From NCBI GenBank assembly GCA_050014355.1, contig JBEKDL010000001.1:1-58743 (forward strand): DNA of 58,743 nucleotides, in the 5' to 3' direction. The translations under genes and the position numbers were made by a program. Shown here one piece after another: positions 42,274 through 52,328 of this stretch; position 1 is the stretch's first letter, and each line of letters starts with the position of its first letter. The notes under the pieces are model-generated. The model saw only the letters and a program-made list of their open reading frames with translations. It made no database searches and was not told the origin of the DNA. The stretch comes from Dehalococcoidales bacterium. Lineage in GTDB: Bacteria; Chloroflexota; Dehalococcoidia; Dehalococcoidales; RBG-16-60-22.

Positions 42274-42807
42274 ATGAAAATACGCCAGAAGCAGAGCCGC
42301 CATATAAACCAGAATCCGCCCGCGGAAAATAACAACTTTAATCCTAATAATGACTATGATATATGGGTACTGCTGGACCAGGCACACTTCGCGGTAACCA
42401 GGTCGCGTTTGCTGGAACTCGCACAGTTTAATCTAACCAAGGAACAGACCCAGGTTTTATATGTACTGACAATGTGGGGTGGCTCGGCAACCATGAACCA
42501 GATAGCCTCTTTCACCATGCGTCAACGACATTCGGTATCCACTCTGGTCAATAGAATGGAAAAGGTCGGACTGGTAAAAAAGGTGAAAGTGCCAAAGGAA
42601 AAGGTTTTTAAAGTCATCATGACGAAAAAGGGGAAGGACAGATTCGAAAGAGTGACGCGAGAGTCAATCGAAATGGTATTTTCTTCCCTGTCAGCCGCGG
42701 ATAAACGAAAGTTCGTTTTATATTTAAATCAATTGCAGAAAAAAGCTCGCAGCTTGCTCGGTTTAGACTATAAACCGCCTTTTTTAAAACGAACGGCTAC
42801 TGATTAA
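42274..42807 (+). CDS. MarR-family transcriptional regulator
   Basis: Winged-HTH region LTKEQTQVLYVL....ATMNQIASFTMRQRHSVSTLVNRMEKVGLVKK, with an unusual N-terminal extension of about 30 aa. Confidence 0.75.
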   Translation: MKIRQKQSRHINQNPPAENNNFNPNNDYDIWVLLDQAHFAVTRSRLLELAQFNLTKEQTQVLYVLTMWGGSATMNQIASFTMRQRHSVSTLVNRMEKVGLVKKVKVPKEKVFKVIMTKKGKDRFERVTRESIEMVFSSLSAADKRKFVLYLNQLQKKARSLLGLDYKPPFLKRTATD

Positions 42808-43066
42808 CGTCAGGCCGTTTTCCTCGTTTCCTCTTCCTTAAGGAAAGACCCTCTTCTCGGTATATTCTCTCATATCATTTATGGACTAGCAGCCCTAATG
42901 ATATTCTATTTTACAATGACACTCCAAATAAGATAAACTTGGTAAGAACATATGTCCCGCCAGAGATGTAATATTAAGGTAAGTCCTTATCCGGAGATAT
43001 TGAATTTATTGCATCATCCAGTTACTCCCCTGGAATGAACAGGAAATATCGCTAACCTGAAAACAG

Positions 43067-44146
43067 ATGAAGATTGCATTGATACTGGGCACCCGCCCTG
43101 AAATAATCAAGATGTCGCCGGTGATACGGGAACTGGAAAAAAGCCGAATTGACTATTTTATCCTGCATACCGGCCAGCATTATTCCCCTAACCTTGACAA
43201 TATCTTCTTCCAACAGCTTAATCTTCCGCAGCCTAAATACAACCTCGGTGTAGGCTCGGGTTCTCATGCGGAAGAGACGGGCAGGATGCTCATCGGCATG
43301 GAAACGGTGCTTAAAGACGAGAAGCCGACCGATGGGCTCGTGGAAGGGGACACCAACAGCGTGCTGGCCGGAGCGCTGGCCGCAGTCAAGTCCGGTATCA
43401 GGGTGGGGCACATCGAGGCGGGACTTAGAAGTTATGACCGCCGCATGCCCGAGGAAATCAACCGCATCCTTGTCGACCACTGCGCCGACTTGTTGTTCGC
43501 CCCGACGGAAAAAGCCCGGCAAATCCTGCTTGGCGAGGGCATTCCCGGGGGGAAAATTTCCGTCACCGGTAACACCATCGTGGACGCCCTCTACCAGAAC
43601 TCCGAGATTTCCCGAAAAAAGAGCGATATCCTTAAAAAGCTAAACCTCACCCCTAGTAAGTATTTCCTGCTGACACTGCACCGGCAGGAGAACGTGGATG
43701 ACCGCACCAGATTCACATCTATCATCTCGGGACTGGAAAGTCTGTCTAAAGAATACAAAATGCCGGTTATTTATCCTATCCACCCCCGTTCTCGGAAGAT
43801 GATAGAGCGCTTCGGGCTGCGGGCCGAGCGCCTTACGATGATAGAACCGGTAGACTTTCTCGGTTTTTTACAGCTTGAAGAAAATGCGAAGCTCATTCTG
43901 ACGGATTCCGGCGGCGTGCAGGAAGAAAGTTGTATCCTGCGCGTACCCTGTGTCACCTTGAGAGATAATACCGAAAGGCCAGAGACGGTGGATGTTGGCG
44001 CCAACCTTCTGGCAGGCGCCAGCCCTGATAAAATCAGAGAGTGCGCCGGAATCATGCTGGCTAAAAAACCCGCCTGGAATAATCCCTTCGGTGATGGCAG
44101 GGCTGCTGGTCGCATTATCGATATTTTACAAGGGAAAGAGGTCTAA
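43067..44146 (+). CDS. wecB: UDP-N-acetylglucosamine 2-epimerase (non-hydrolysing)
   Basis: ILGTRPEIIKM, HTGQHYS, GDTNS, HIEAGLRSYDRRMPEE, VTGNTIVDA and DSGGVQEE. Confidence 0.9.
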   Translation: MKIALILGTRPEIIKMSPVIRELEKSRIDYFILHTGQHYSPNLDNIFFQQLNLPQPKYNLGVGSGSHAEETGRMLIGMETVLKDEKPTDGLVEGDTNSVLAGALAAVKSGIRVGHIEAGLRSYDRRMPEEINRILVDHCADLLFAPTEKARQILLGEGIPGGKISVTGNTIVDALYQNSEISRKKSDILKKLNLTPSKYFLLTLHRQENVDDRTRFTSIISGLESLSKEYKMPVIYPIHPRSRKMIERFGLRAERLTMIEPVDFLGFLQLEENAKLILTDSGGVQEESCILRVPCVTLRDNTERPETVDVGANLLAGASPDKIRECAGIMLAKKPAWNNPFGDGRAAGRIIDILQGKEV

Positions 44147-44155
44147 AACAGGAAA

Positions 44156-45358
44156 ATGACCAAGAAAGTTGTCGTCATCGGCACGGGGTATGTCGGTCTC
44201 CCGCTGGCAATCATGCTGGCCCGTTCCGGCTATCAGGTGATGGGCGTGGATGTCCAGGACAGCGTGGTCAATTCCATCAACAAGGGAGCCCTTCTCCCGG
44301 CCGAGGACGAGGTCAGGCAGGTATTCGAAGAGCCGGAAGTCAGAAAAAACCTACGCGCCAGTAAAACCCCCGCCCCGGCCGATGTGTTCATTATCTGCGT
44401 GCCCACCCCCCTCGACGCGAAAAAACAGGCCGCCGACCTTTCGCTGGTCAGACAGGGCGCGGAATCTATCGTTCCCTGCCTGCAGGCCGGGAACCTGGTG
44501 ATACTGGAAAGCACCGTCCCGCCCGGTACTTGCCGAAACGTTTTAACTCCTATTATCGAAAAGACGGGGCTAAAAGCAGGAAAGGATATATTTCTGGCTC
44601 ATTGCCCGGAACGCATCCTCCCCGGCGCGGTGCTTAAGGAAATCGTCGAGAATGACAGGGTCATCGGCGGAGTGAACCGGGAATCCACCCGAATGGCCAA
44701 AGAAATCTACGCTTCTTTTGTCAAAGGCAATCTCTATGAAACCGACATTATCACGGCAGAACTCGTCAAGCTCATGGAAAATACCTTCAGAGACGTCAAC
44801 ATCGCCCTGGCCAATGAGTTTGCCGCCGTCGCCGCCGGGCTGGGCATCGACATTCTCCCCGCCATCGAACTGGCGAACAAACACCCGAGGGTCAACATTT
44901 TAAAACCGGGTATCGGCGTAGGGGGGCATTGTATTCCCATCGTACCATGGTTCATCAAGCAGGTAGACCCGGTCAACTCACGGCTTATCACCGCTGCGCG
45001 CAAGGTCAATGACGAGGTGCCGGGCAAGATGGCGGCAGAGATTAAAAAAGCCGTTAAAGATATCCAAAAACCGCGTATTGTGGCGCTCGGAATCACATAC
45101 AAGCCGGACACTTACGATACCCGGAACAGCCCGGCGCAGGAAATAATCGATTTGCTGAAGGTTGACGGTTATCAGGTCAGCGTTTATGACCCGGTGGTGA
45201 ACGGCCGTCAATACGAATCGATAGAGTCGATTGTTAAAGGCGCCGATTGCCTCGTGGTGCTGGTGGAGCATAAAGCCGTCCGGGAAGAGATTGTCGCCAA
45301 AGAAACCAGGATAAAGAAGGCCATGCGCCATCCCTTAATCATCAGGTTTTATCAATAA
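44156..45358 (+). CDS. wecC: UDP-N-acetyl-D-mannosamine dehydrogenase (UDP-glucose/GDP-mannose dehydrogenase family)
   Basis: VVIGTGYVGLPLA, CPERILPG and GVGGHCIP (catalytic Cys). It has the full-length C-terminal domain and lies directly after wecB. Confidence 0.85.
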   Translation: MTKKVVVIGTGYVGLPLAIMLARSGYQVMGVDVQDSVVNSINKGALLPAEDEVRQVFEEPEVRKNLRASKTPAPADVFIICVPTPLDAKKQAADLSLVRQGAESIVPCLQAGNLVILESTVPPGTCRNVLTPIIEKTGLKAGKDIFLAHCPERILPGAVLKEIVENDRVIGGVNRESTRMAKEIYASFVKGNLYETDIITAELVKLMENTFRDVNIALANEFAAVAAGLGIDILPAIELANKHPRVNILKPGIGVGGHCIPIVPWFIKQVDPVNSRLITAARKVNDEVPGKMAAEIKKAVKDIQKPRIVALGITYKPDTYDTRNSPAQEIIDLLKVDGYQVSVYDPVVNGRQYESIESIVKGADCLVVLVEHKAVREEIVAKETRIKKAMRHPLIIRFYQ

Positions 45359-45503
45359 TTTGGAAAAAATAGTTTAAGGCATCGCTGGTCGTTGCTGACC
45401 GTGGTAAAATAGGGCATGAAATCGTACTTGTTAAACGCCAAGCGCATTTGTTTTGAGAGAGTAGAATGGCACTTATTGCCCAAGACCCGTCACGGGAGCG
45501 CAA

Positions 45504-46691
45504 TTGAACGTCTTACATCTCACCAACTATTTTTTTCCCGAATATAGCGGCACCACGACCAGACTTTACAACATTATCTGCCGCCTGCCTTTCGATGTTC
45601 ATGTTCTGACCGCAGACAGGACAGTGCCGGGGAAGACAATTCCGCTCAAGCAGGAGCAGTTTGGCAATGTGACGGTTAACCGCCTGCCGCTGGCCTTCGG
45701 CTCACCGGGGCAAAGCAATTCAGCCTGGGAGGCGATAAATACAATTCGCCGGGATAAAAAATTACTGGCTGGAACTGCCGAAAAACAGCCATTTGATATT
45801 CTGCACGCCCATAATTCCGTCGTCTTCGGGCAAGCCGCCGCTCAAGTAGCCGGAAAAACCGGCCGTCCTTTTGTTTTCGAGTATCACGGCCTGGCCCACG
45901 AATCTGTAAGTGGATTTCTCAAGAGCGTTAAGGCCTATTATATTCAGCGCACCGATAGAAACGTCATGCGGAAATGCGCTCATATTGTCACGCTGACCGA
46001 CCGCCTGAAGGAGTGGATAATACGCCATTACCGGATTCCCGATTCCCGCATCACCGTAGTGCCCAACGGCGCCGATGTTACACGATTTGCTCCCCAAAAA
46101 GAATACTCGGACAAGGCGGCGGAGCTGAAAAAGAGACTGGGTATCGACGGCAAGGTGGTCATGTATGCCGGCGTGATGGACTGGATTAACGGCGTGAATG
46201 ATTTAGCGGCGGTTGCCCCACAAATAATTAGGGAAAATCCGGAGGTATATTTCATCTTCCTCGGCGGACCGGCGGGTAACCGGAGCCTATCAGACCTAGA
46301 AAGTAAATTTCAGAAAAACGTGACGCTAATACCCGGTGTGCCTTACGATGATATGCCGGTTTATTATGATATGTGCGATGTCTTCGTTGTCCCGCGCCCA
46401 TCCACGGTATCGACGGAGACGATAGTCCCTTTGAAATTGGTCGAGGTCATGGCCATGGGCAAACCTGTGGTGGCCAGCGATGTCGGGGGGCTGGCTGAAG
46501 TAATAAAGAATGGTGAAAATGGATACCTCTTTAAAAAAGAAAATGCGGAAAGCCTGAAAAAAACTCTGCTCGACGCGCTGGCGGCGGATAATACCCGCCT
46601 CGGTCTCAACGCCAGACAGACGATTGTGGCAAAATATACCTGGGATAAATCAGCGGAAATTCTGTTAAACGTCTATAAAAAGTTAGCCTGA
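45504..46691 (+). CDS. GT4-family glycosyltransferase
   Basis: VLHLTNYFFPEYSGT and VVPRPS...VPLKLVEVMAMGKPVVASDVGG (EX7E). TTG start after GGGAG. Confidence 0.8.
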   Translation: MNVLHLTNYFFPEYSGTTTRLYNIICRLPFDVHVLTADRTVPGKTIPLKQEQFGNVTVNRLPLAFGSPGQSNSAWEAINTIRRDKKLLAGTAEKQPFDILHAHNSVVFGQAAAQVAGKTGRPFVFEYHGLAHESVSGFLKSVKAYYIQRTDRNVMRKCAHIVTLTDRLKEWIIRHYRIPDSRITVVPNGADVTRFAPQKEYSDKAAELKKRLGIDGKVVMYAGVMDWINGVNDLAAVAPQIIRENPEVYFIFLGGPAGNRSLSDLESKFQKNVTLIPGVPYDDMPVYYDMCDVFVVPRPSTVSTETIVPLKLVEVMAMGKPVVASDVGGLAEVIKNGENGYLFKKENAESLKKTLLDALAADNTRLGLNARQTIVAKYTWDKSAEILLNVYKKLA

Positions 46692-46709
46692 AAAGGATGG
46701 TTGACGCCC

Positions 46710-48641
46710 TTGTGCGGAATATGCGGCATTTTTAAATACGCAGCAGCGTACCCGGAAGTGTCTGAAGAAATACTTGTGAAAATGCGCGACACGATGGTGC
46801 ACCGCGGACCCGATGACGCCGGCGTCTATATTTCGCCGGACAGGACGCTGGGCCTGGGGCATCGACGTTTAAGCATCATCGACCTGTCTTCCTGCGGCAA
46901 GCAGCCTATGTCTAATGAAAACGGTACGGTCTGGATTGTCTTTAACGGCGAGATTTACAACCATGAAAAGCTGCGGCCGTGGCTAGAGGCCAGAGGGCAC
47001 GTCTATCGTTCCCGCACCGATACCGAGACAATCCTGCACCTCTATGAAGAAAAGGGCCTCGATTGTGTTCATGACATCGAAGGCATGTTTGCCTTCGCCA
47101 TCTGGGACAGCCGGAAAAGGCAGCTTTTTTTAGCCAGAGATAGGATAGGTAAAAAGCCTTTATATTACTCGTGCCAAAACGGGGCTTTTATTTTCGCGTC
47201 AGAAATTAAGGCCATTTTAGAGTACCCCGGGCTGGTAAGAGATATAGATACCACCGCCCTCTATCACTATCTGACTTTTTTCGTCACGCCATCGCCTTAC
47301 ACCCTTTTTAAAGGAATAAACAAGCTTCCCCCTGGTTTTTACATGGTCTGCGACCAGCGTGGCAATATCTCTTACGAGCGGTACTGGGACGCCATCGTGC
47401 CAGCCCCGCGGGAAAAACAGCCGGAAGAATACTACACCGGGGGGATAAGGAACCTTCTGACCGAGTCCATTAAGAAAAGAATGATGTCTGACGTACCCTT
47501 CGGGGTGTTTTTAAGCGGCGGCATCGACTCGAGCACGAACGTTGCCCTCATGTCCCGCCTGATGGATCGGCCGGTGGAGACTTTTTCCGTGGGGTTTAAA
47601 GACCAACCCGCCTTCGACGAGTTCAAATACGCCCGGCAGATAGCACAGGAGTTCAAGACCAACCACCACGAAATCATCATCGACGATAAAGACCTCATGG
47701 ACTATGTCCCGAAATTGATATTTAACCAGGATGAGCCTGTGGCCGATTGGGTCTGCGTGCCGCTCTATTTTGTTTCTAAACTGGCGCGGGATAATGGGGT
47801 CATCGTCATCCAGATAGGCGAAGGCAGCGATGAGATATTCTTCGGCTATGAAGGATATAAGTACACCTTGGATTTATATCATAAATACTGGAAACCGTAC
47901 ATGATGGTGCCGGGTTTTGTAAGGAAAGCGGTCAACAGTGTATCCACATCTTTTCCTCATGCCCCGGTAATACGAAGCATTGCCGTGAGAGAAATATTGA
48001 GACGTGCCGCCAGGGATAAGGAACTGTTCTGGGGCGGTGCCATCGCTTTTACCGAGACCCAAAAAGAAGCCCTAATAGATACCACCGCCGGCTGGGAAAA
48101 CATGGATTCTGCCAGTATCGTAAAAGAACTCCTTTCCAGAATCTACGCTGAAAAACCCGGCGCGGACTTCCTGGAAAGAATGGTCTACCTGGAGCTAAAG
48201 CACCGCCTGCCGGAGCTTCTCCTGATGCGCGTGGATAAAATAACTATGTCCACCTCCGTGGAAGGGAGGGCGCCTTATCTCGACCATAAGCTGGTGGAAT
48301 TCGCCATGGGCATACCGAGCGCGTTGAAAATAAAAAACGGCCAGACGAAATACATCTTGAAAAAGGCGGTGGAAGGCATCATCCCGGATAATATTATCTA
48401 CCGCAAGAAACAGGGGTTCGGCGCGCCGGTCAAGGAATGGTTCGGCGGGGAGCTTGGAAGATATATCACGGACGGTATTTTAAATTCAAAGATAAGGGAA
48501 CGCCGTTTTTTCAACTACGAGTATTTGACCGATTTGCTGGCGAAACAGCGCCGCGGAGAAGCTGAAAACAGTGTGCCACTCTGGATTCTGTTCAACTTGA
48601 GCAAGTGGTATGATTACTGGATAGCGGGAGAGAGGATATAA
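46710..48641 (+). CDS. Asparagine synthase (glutamine-hydrolysing)-family amidotransferase
   Basis: A TTG at 46710 puts the Ntn nucleophile Cys at position 2 (M-CGICGIF). FLSGGIDSS is the PP-loop. The listed 46701 start is too close to the RBS and would bury the Cys. Confidence 0.85.
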   Translation: MCGICGIFKYAAAYPEVSEEILVKMRDTMVHRGPDDAGVYISPDRTLGLGHRRLSIIDLSSCGKQPMSNENGTVWIVFNGEIYNHEKLRPWLEARGHVYRSRTDTETILHLYEEKGLDCVHDIEGMFAFAIWDSRKRQLFLARDRIGKKPLYYSCQNGAFIFASEIKAILEYPGLVRDIDTTALYHYLTFFVTPSPYTLFKGINKLPPGFYMVCDQRGNISYERYWDAIVPAPREKQPEEYYTGGIRNLLTESIKKRMMSDVPFGVFLSGGIDSSTNVALMSRLMDRPVETFSVGFKDQPAFDEFKYARQIAQEFKTNHHEIIIDDKDLMDYVPKLIFNQDEPVADWVCVPLYFVSKLARDNGVIVIQIGEGSDEIFFGYEGYKYTLDLYHKYWKPYMMVPGFVRKAVNSVSTSFPHAPVIRSIAVREILRRAARDKELFWGGAIAFTETQKEALIDTTAGWENMDSASIVKELLSRIYAEKPGADFLERMVYLELKHRLPELLLMRVDKITMSTSVEGRAPYLDHKLVEFAMGIPSALKIKNGQTKYILKKAVEGIIPDNIIYRKKQGFGAPVKEWFGGELGRYITDGILNSKIRERRFFNYEYLTDLLAKQRRGEAENSVPLWILFNLSKWYDYWIAGERI

Positions 48642-48645
48642 GAGT

Positions 48646-49425
48646 ATGGAAAAAGAAAAGCTGGAAGCCATTAAACAATGGACGAATGACCCCTGCGGCG
48701 CGGTATATGCCGAGACTTATAAAGAAGGCTCAAAGGAGTTTTTTGAAGCCGCCTTGAAAAACAGATACGAGGCGCATGCACCCTGGTTGAAAAAAATGAT
48801 TGATGAGTTAGATGTGGAAGGTAAGACGGTGCTGGAAGTGGGTTGTGGTATGGGTGCCGATCTACTTAGTCTTGCTAGAAATGGGGCCAAGGTCATCGGT
48901 CTTGATTTAACCCCCAGGCATATTGAACTGGCCAAGAAACTTTTTGATACATTCGGTTTTCCAGCTGATTTTATTATCGGGGATGCGGAATGTATGTCAC
49001 TGCCTTCAGAGTCAGTAGATGTAGTTTACAGTTTTGGAGTACTGCATCATACACCAAATATAGAAAAAGCCATATCTGAAATCCACCGGGTTTTAAAACC
49101 TGGTGGACTGGCAATTGTTGGTCTTTACCATAAAAACTCATGGCATTATTGGGTTAATTTGGTCTTTCTTCAGGGAATATTTCAACGTAAACTCTTTAAA
49201 ATGTCTATCGCTGAGCTTCTTTCCTCAAGTGTAGAATTTTCGCGGAGCGGTGCTAAGCCACTGGTAAAAGTCTATACTTCATCCCAATGCAAACGTTTAT
49301 TTACTAAATTCACGGCAGTAAAAATAAAAAAATATCAATGGGCAAAAGAACAGATTTATTTCCCCTGGATATTCTCACGTATAACAAAATACCTGCCTGC
49401 TTTCCTTCCCTCACTTTTAGGCTAG
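48646..49425 (+). CDS. Class I SAM-dependent methyltransferase (paralogue A)
   Basis: VLEVGCGMGADL motif I, DVVYSFGVLHHTPN and EIHRVLKPGG. Confidence 0.8.
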   Translation: MEKEKLEAIKQWTNDPCGAVYAETYKEGSKEFFEAALKNRYEAHAPWLKKMIDELDVEGKTVLEVGCGMGADLLSLARNGAKVIGLDLTPRHIELAKKLFDTFGFPADFIIGDAECMSLPSESVDVVYSFGVLHHTPNIEKAISEIHRVLKPGGLAIVGLYHKNSWHYWVNLVFLQGIFQRKLFKMSIAELLSSSVEFSRSGAKPLVKVYTSSQCKRLFTKFTAVKIKKYQWAKEQIYFPWIFSRITKYLPAFLPSLLG

Positions 49426-49475
49426 TATATTATGGTCTTTGCGAGGAAGAGTAGATAGCTATCTAACTTAAGTAA

Positions 49476-50786
49476 ATGAAGAATATTCCATCATTTAAAG
49501 TTATAAACAAGCTGCTGGCAATAGGACTGGTCAGGCGTGTCAGGGCCTCATTATTCATTCAGCGCGTATCCCTGACGCTGATAACTCGTATATTGATTCT
49601 GATAATCGGTTTCGTCTTGGGCGTCATCACCGCGCGTTACCTGGGGCCGGAGGGGAGGGGCATATATGCGGTTACAGCCTCCATCGTGGCCATGGGGACG
49701 CAGTTCGGTAACCTGGGATTGCACGCTGCCAACACATATTTTATCGCCAGGGACCGTAACCGGCTCGGGACGATAACCGGCAATACGCTCTGGGTGAGTC
49801 TCATCGGCGGGACTATTATCGCTCTTATCGCCACGGGTATTCTTTATTTCCGACCGGAGCTTGCGTCGGGCGTTTCTATTAAGTATGTGATAATCGGTGT
49901 CGTGGGTATCCCTTTCACCCTGTTGGTTCTGCTCGGCCAGAACATCCTGCTGGGTATACAGAGAATCAAGGTCCTGAACGTCTTTGAGTTCATCCAGGCT
50001 ATCATCAATGTCCTGGTCGTCGTTATCTTGCTGGTTCTTTTAAAAGAAGGCGTTCTTTCATTGATAGCGTTCACAACAATCATGACGTTTTTATACGGCG
50101 CTTTGGTTTTTTGGTATTTGTGGCGCATTGAAAAGAACGGGCTCGGGTTCACCCCTTCTCTGTTAAAGCAAATGGCGCGCTACGGATTCAAGGCTTACCT
50201 GGCGGCGTTGTTCAGTTTTCTCGTCATACGTCTCAATATGTTGATGGTCAACTCCATGCTCGGTACAGAGCAGGCCGGGATTTATTCCATCGCTACGAAT
50301 GCCGGGGATATCTTATTAATGATACCAGCGTCCATCGGCATGATACTGTTTCCCCATGTTTCCGCGATGAGCGAGGGCGGATGGGTTCACAGTAAAAGAG
50401 TAGCCAGGGCAACCGCGATTGTAATGGGGGCGGCCTGCATTTTTGTAGCGATAATAGCCAGGCCTTTTATCACGTTCTTCTATGGACAGGCGTTTTCCAG
50501 AGCGGCTGACGCTCTTCTGTGGCTGTTGCCAGGGGTTTTCTTTTTAAGTATAGAAACTATTATCGTCATGTATTTGGTTGCCACCGGACTTCCCAAGTTT
50601 GTGCCTTTATCCTGGGTTATAGCGTTGATATTTAATGTTACTGTAAACATGTTTTTAATTCCCCGATTGGGAATTAATGGAGCTGCAATAGTTTCTTCAA
50701 TGACATATACTTTTGTGTTTATATTAATACTTGTTCGTTTCATAAAATCGGCAAAAAATACTCGGGAAAAGGCAAGATTTTGGTAA
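49476..50786 (+). CDS. Polysaccharide/oligosaccharide flippase (MOP superfamily, Wzx-like)
   Basis: 436 aa with about 12-14 hydrophobic helices, and the typical N-terminal ...RILILIIGFVLGVITARYLGPEGRG of polysaccharide biosynthesis proteins. Confidence 0.75.
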   Translation: MKNIPSFKVINKLLAIGLVRRVRASLFIQRVSLTLITRILILIIGFVLGVITARYLGPEGRGIYAVTASIVAMGTQFGNLGLHAANTYFIARDRNRLGTITGNTLWVSLIGGTIIALIATGILYFRPELASGVSIKYVIIGVVGIPFTLLVLLGQNILLGIQRIKVLNVFEFIQAIINVLVVVILLVLLKEGVLSLIAFTTIMTFLYGALVFWYLWRIEKNGLGFTPSLLKQMARYGFKAYLAALFSFLVIRLNMLMVNSMLGTEQAGIYSIATNAGDILLMIPASIGMILFPHVSAMSEGGWVHSKRVARATAIVMGAACIFVAIIARPFITFFYGQAFSRAADALLWLLPGVFFLSIETIIVMYLVATGLPKFVPLSWVIALIFNVTVNMFLIPRLGINGAAIVSSMTYTFVFILILVRFIKSAKNTREKARFW

Positions 50787-50861
50787 AATGATTTTAATTA
50801 AGTTACCACTTCTGCGGTGGTTGAGTTTTTATGTATAATATTATTGACTTGGAGAAATACG

Positions 50862-52328
50862 ATGCGGATTTGTCTTATTAACCCGTTATATGGTGCTAAT
50901 TCTTCGATAAGTTATAGTCCTCCGTTAGGGTTGGCTTACATTGCCAGTTCCCTGGAGAAGAACGGGCATCAAATTAAAATCATCGACCGGGTATCACTCA
51001 AATATAAGGATGGAGAAATTGGTCTTGGAGAACTCGATAAAAAAACCGAAAAAGAAATATTAAATTTCGAGCCGAATCTTATCGGCATCGGAGCGATGAC
51101 AATACAGATTTATGACACTCAGCGAGTGGCAAGGTTGATTCGAAGCATTCCTGGAGGGAAGAATTATCCTCTGATTGCCGGGGGTTTTCACCCTACAGCG
51201 GAGCCTGAGTTGACGTTAAAAGAATGCCCGGAAATAGATGCGGTTTGCCAGGATGAAGGGGAGTTGACGATGCTTAAACTGGCGTCCGGAGAAAGCTATG
51301 AAAACGTTGATGGGATGACATTTAAAAAAAACAACCAGGTGCTTTCTACCGGAGAGAAATGTCCGATAGCGGACCTAGATAATCTTCCTGTTCCGGCGCG
51401 GCACCTTTTGGATATGGAATTTTATACCCGCTTGAATGAGATAGTGATTCCTAATGTACCGGCCAGAGTGACAACGCTTATTACTTCCAGAGGATGTCCG
51501 TTTAGCTGCAGGTTCTGCGCCAATAAGCTTATTTACAAAACCGTACGATTCCATTCCGTAAAATATACTATAGACGAAATTTACTCCATATTGGAGAATT
51601 ATAAAGTTGAGGCTTTATATTTTGTAGATACAGAATTTCTAGCTAACCGTAAGAGGATTGAGTTACTATGTCATGAGTTGATTGACAGGAAATTGAATAA
51701 AAAGTTCAGGTGGGCTTGTAGTGCCCGGGTGGACTCGGTAAATGATAAGATATTGAAGCTTATGAAAAAAGCCGGGTGTTTTTTCATAAACTATGGTTTT
51801 GAATCAGGGTCCCAGAGAATGCTTGATTCGATGAACAAAAAAACAACCGTAGAACAAAATTCAGGGGCAGCCATGCTCACCAATAAAGCTCACATTTTGG
51901 TTAATTCTGCCTTTATTACAAACCTGCCGGGAGAAAATGAAGACGATTTAATAGCCACGATGCAATTTATCAAGAATACAAAAATATATTGTACCGGGCT
52001 AAATAACCTGTTGCCTTTGCCCGGGAGTCCTTATTATACCGAGCTTTTTAAAAATGGGGTTTTAACCTATTCTGATAAGTTATGGGAAGAAATTGGAGCG
52101 CTGCAATCTCTGGACTCGATCAAGATTTTCTCTGACATGCCGAAAGATAGATTTATCAAGCTATCCAGAGCGATAAACGAAATGATTGCCAGGAACAATA
52201 CTAAAAATTATATCCGTGCTAATTGGTTTAGATATCCATATCGTTCCGCGAAAAGGCTTTTGGAGCTTATTGTATTAGATTTATATCATATATCGGGGCG
52301 TATCCTTCCATGGAAGAAAAAGCAATGA
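50862..52328 (+). CDS. Cobalamin-binding (class B) radical SAM enzyme
   Basis: N-terminal B12-binding-type domain (RICLINP...PPLGLAYIASSLEKNGHQIKIID) followed by RGCPFSCRFC (CxxxCxxC). ATG 50862 follows GGAG. Confidence 0.85.
   Translation: MRICLINPLYGANSSISYSPPLGLAYIASSLEKNGHQIKIIDRVSLKYKDGEIGLGELDKKTEKEILNFEPNLIGIGAMTIQIYDTQRVARLIRSIPGGKNYPLIAGGFHPTAEPELTLKECPEIDAVCQDEGELTMLKLASGESYENVDGMTFKKNNQVLSTGEKCPIADLDNLPVPARHLLDMEFYTRLNEIVIPNVPARVTTLITSRGCPFSCRFCANKLIYKTVRFHSVKYTIDEIYSILENYKVEALYFVDTEFLANRKRIELLCHELIDRKLNKKFRWACSARVDSVNDKILKLMKKAGCFFINYGFESGSQRMLDSMNKKTTVEQNSGAAMLTNKAHILVNSAFITNLPGENEDDLIATMQFIKNTKIYCTGLNNLLPLPGSPYYTELFKNGVLTYSDKLWEEIGALQSLDSIKIFSDMPKDRFIKLSRAINEMIARNNTKNYIRANWFRYPYRSAKRLLELIVLDLYHISGRILPWKKKQ

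Noticed and set aside
31584-43066. Terminal repeats or an integrase marking the 11.5-kb insert as a genomic island
   Set aside because: I found no integrase, transposase or tRNA gene. The only shared border sequence is an 8-mer (ACCTGAAA), which is compatible with chance. The insert idea rests only on gene content and the flanking wecB paralogues.
50787-50861. Internal terminator/promoter between the flippase and radical SAM genes (ACCAC...GTGGT hairpin; TATAAT at 50834)
   Set aside because: The stem is only 5 bp with a weak U-tract, and no acceptable -35 box lies at 16-18 nt. The evidence is too weak to call.
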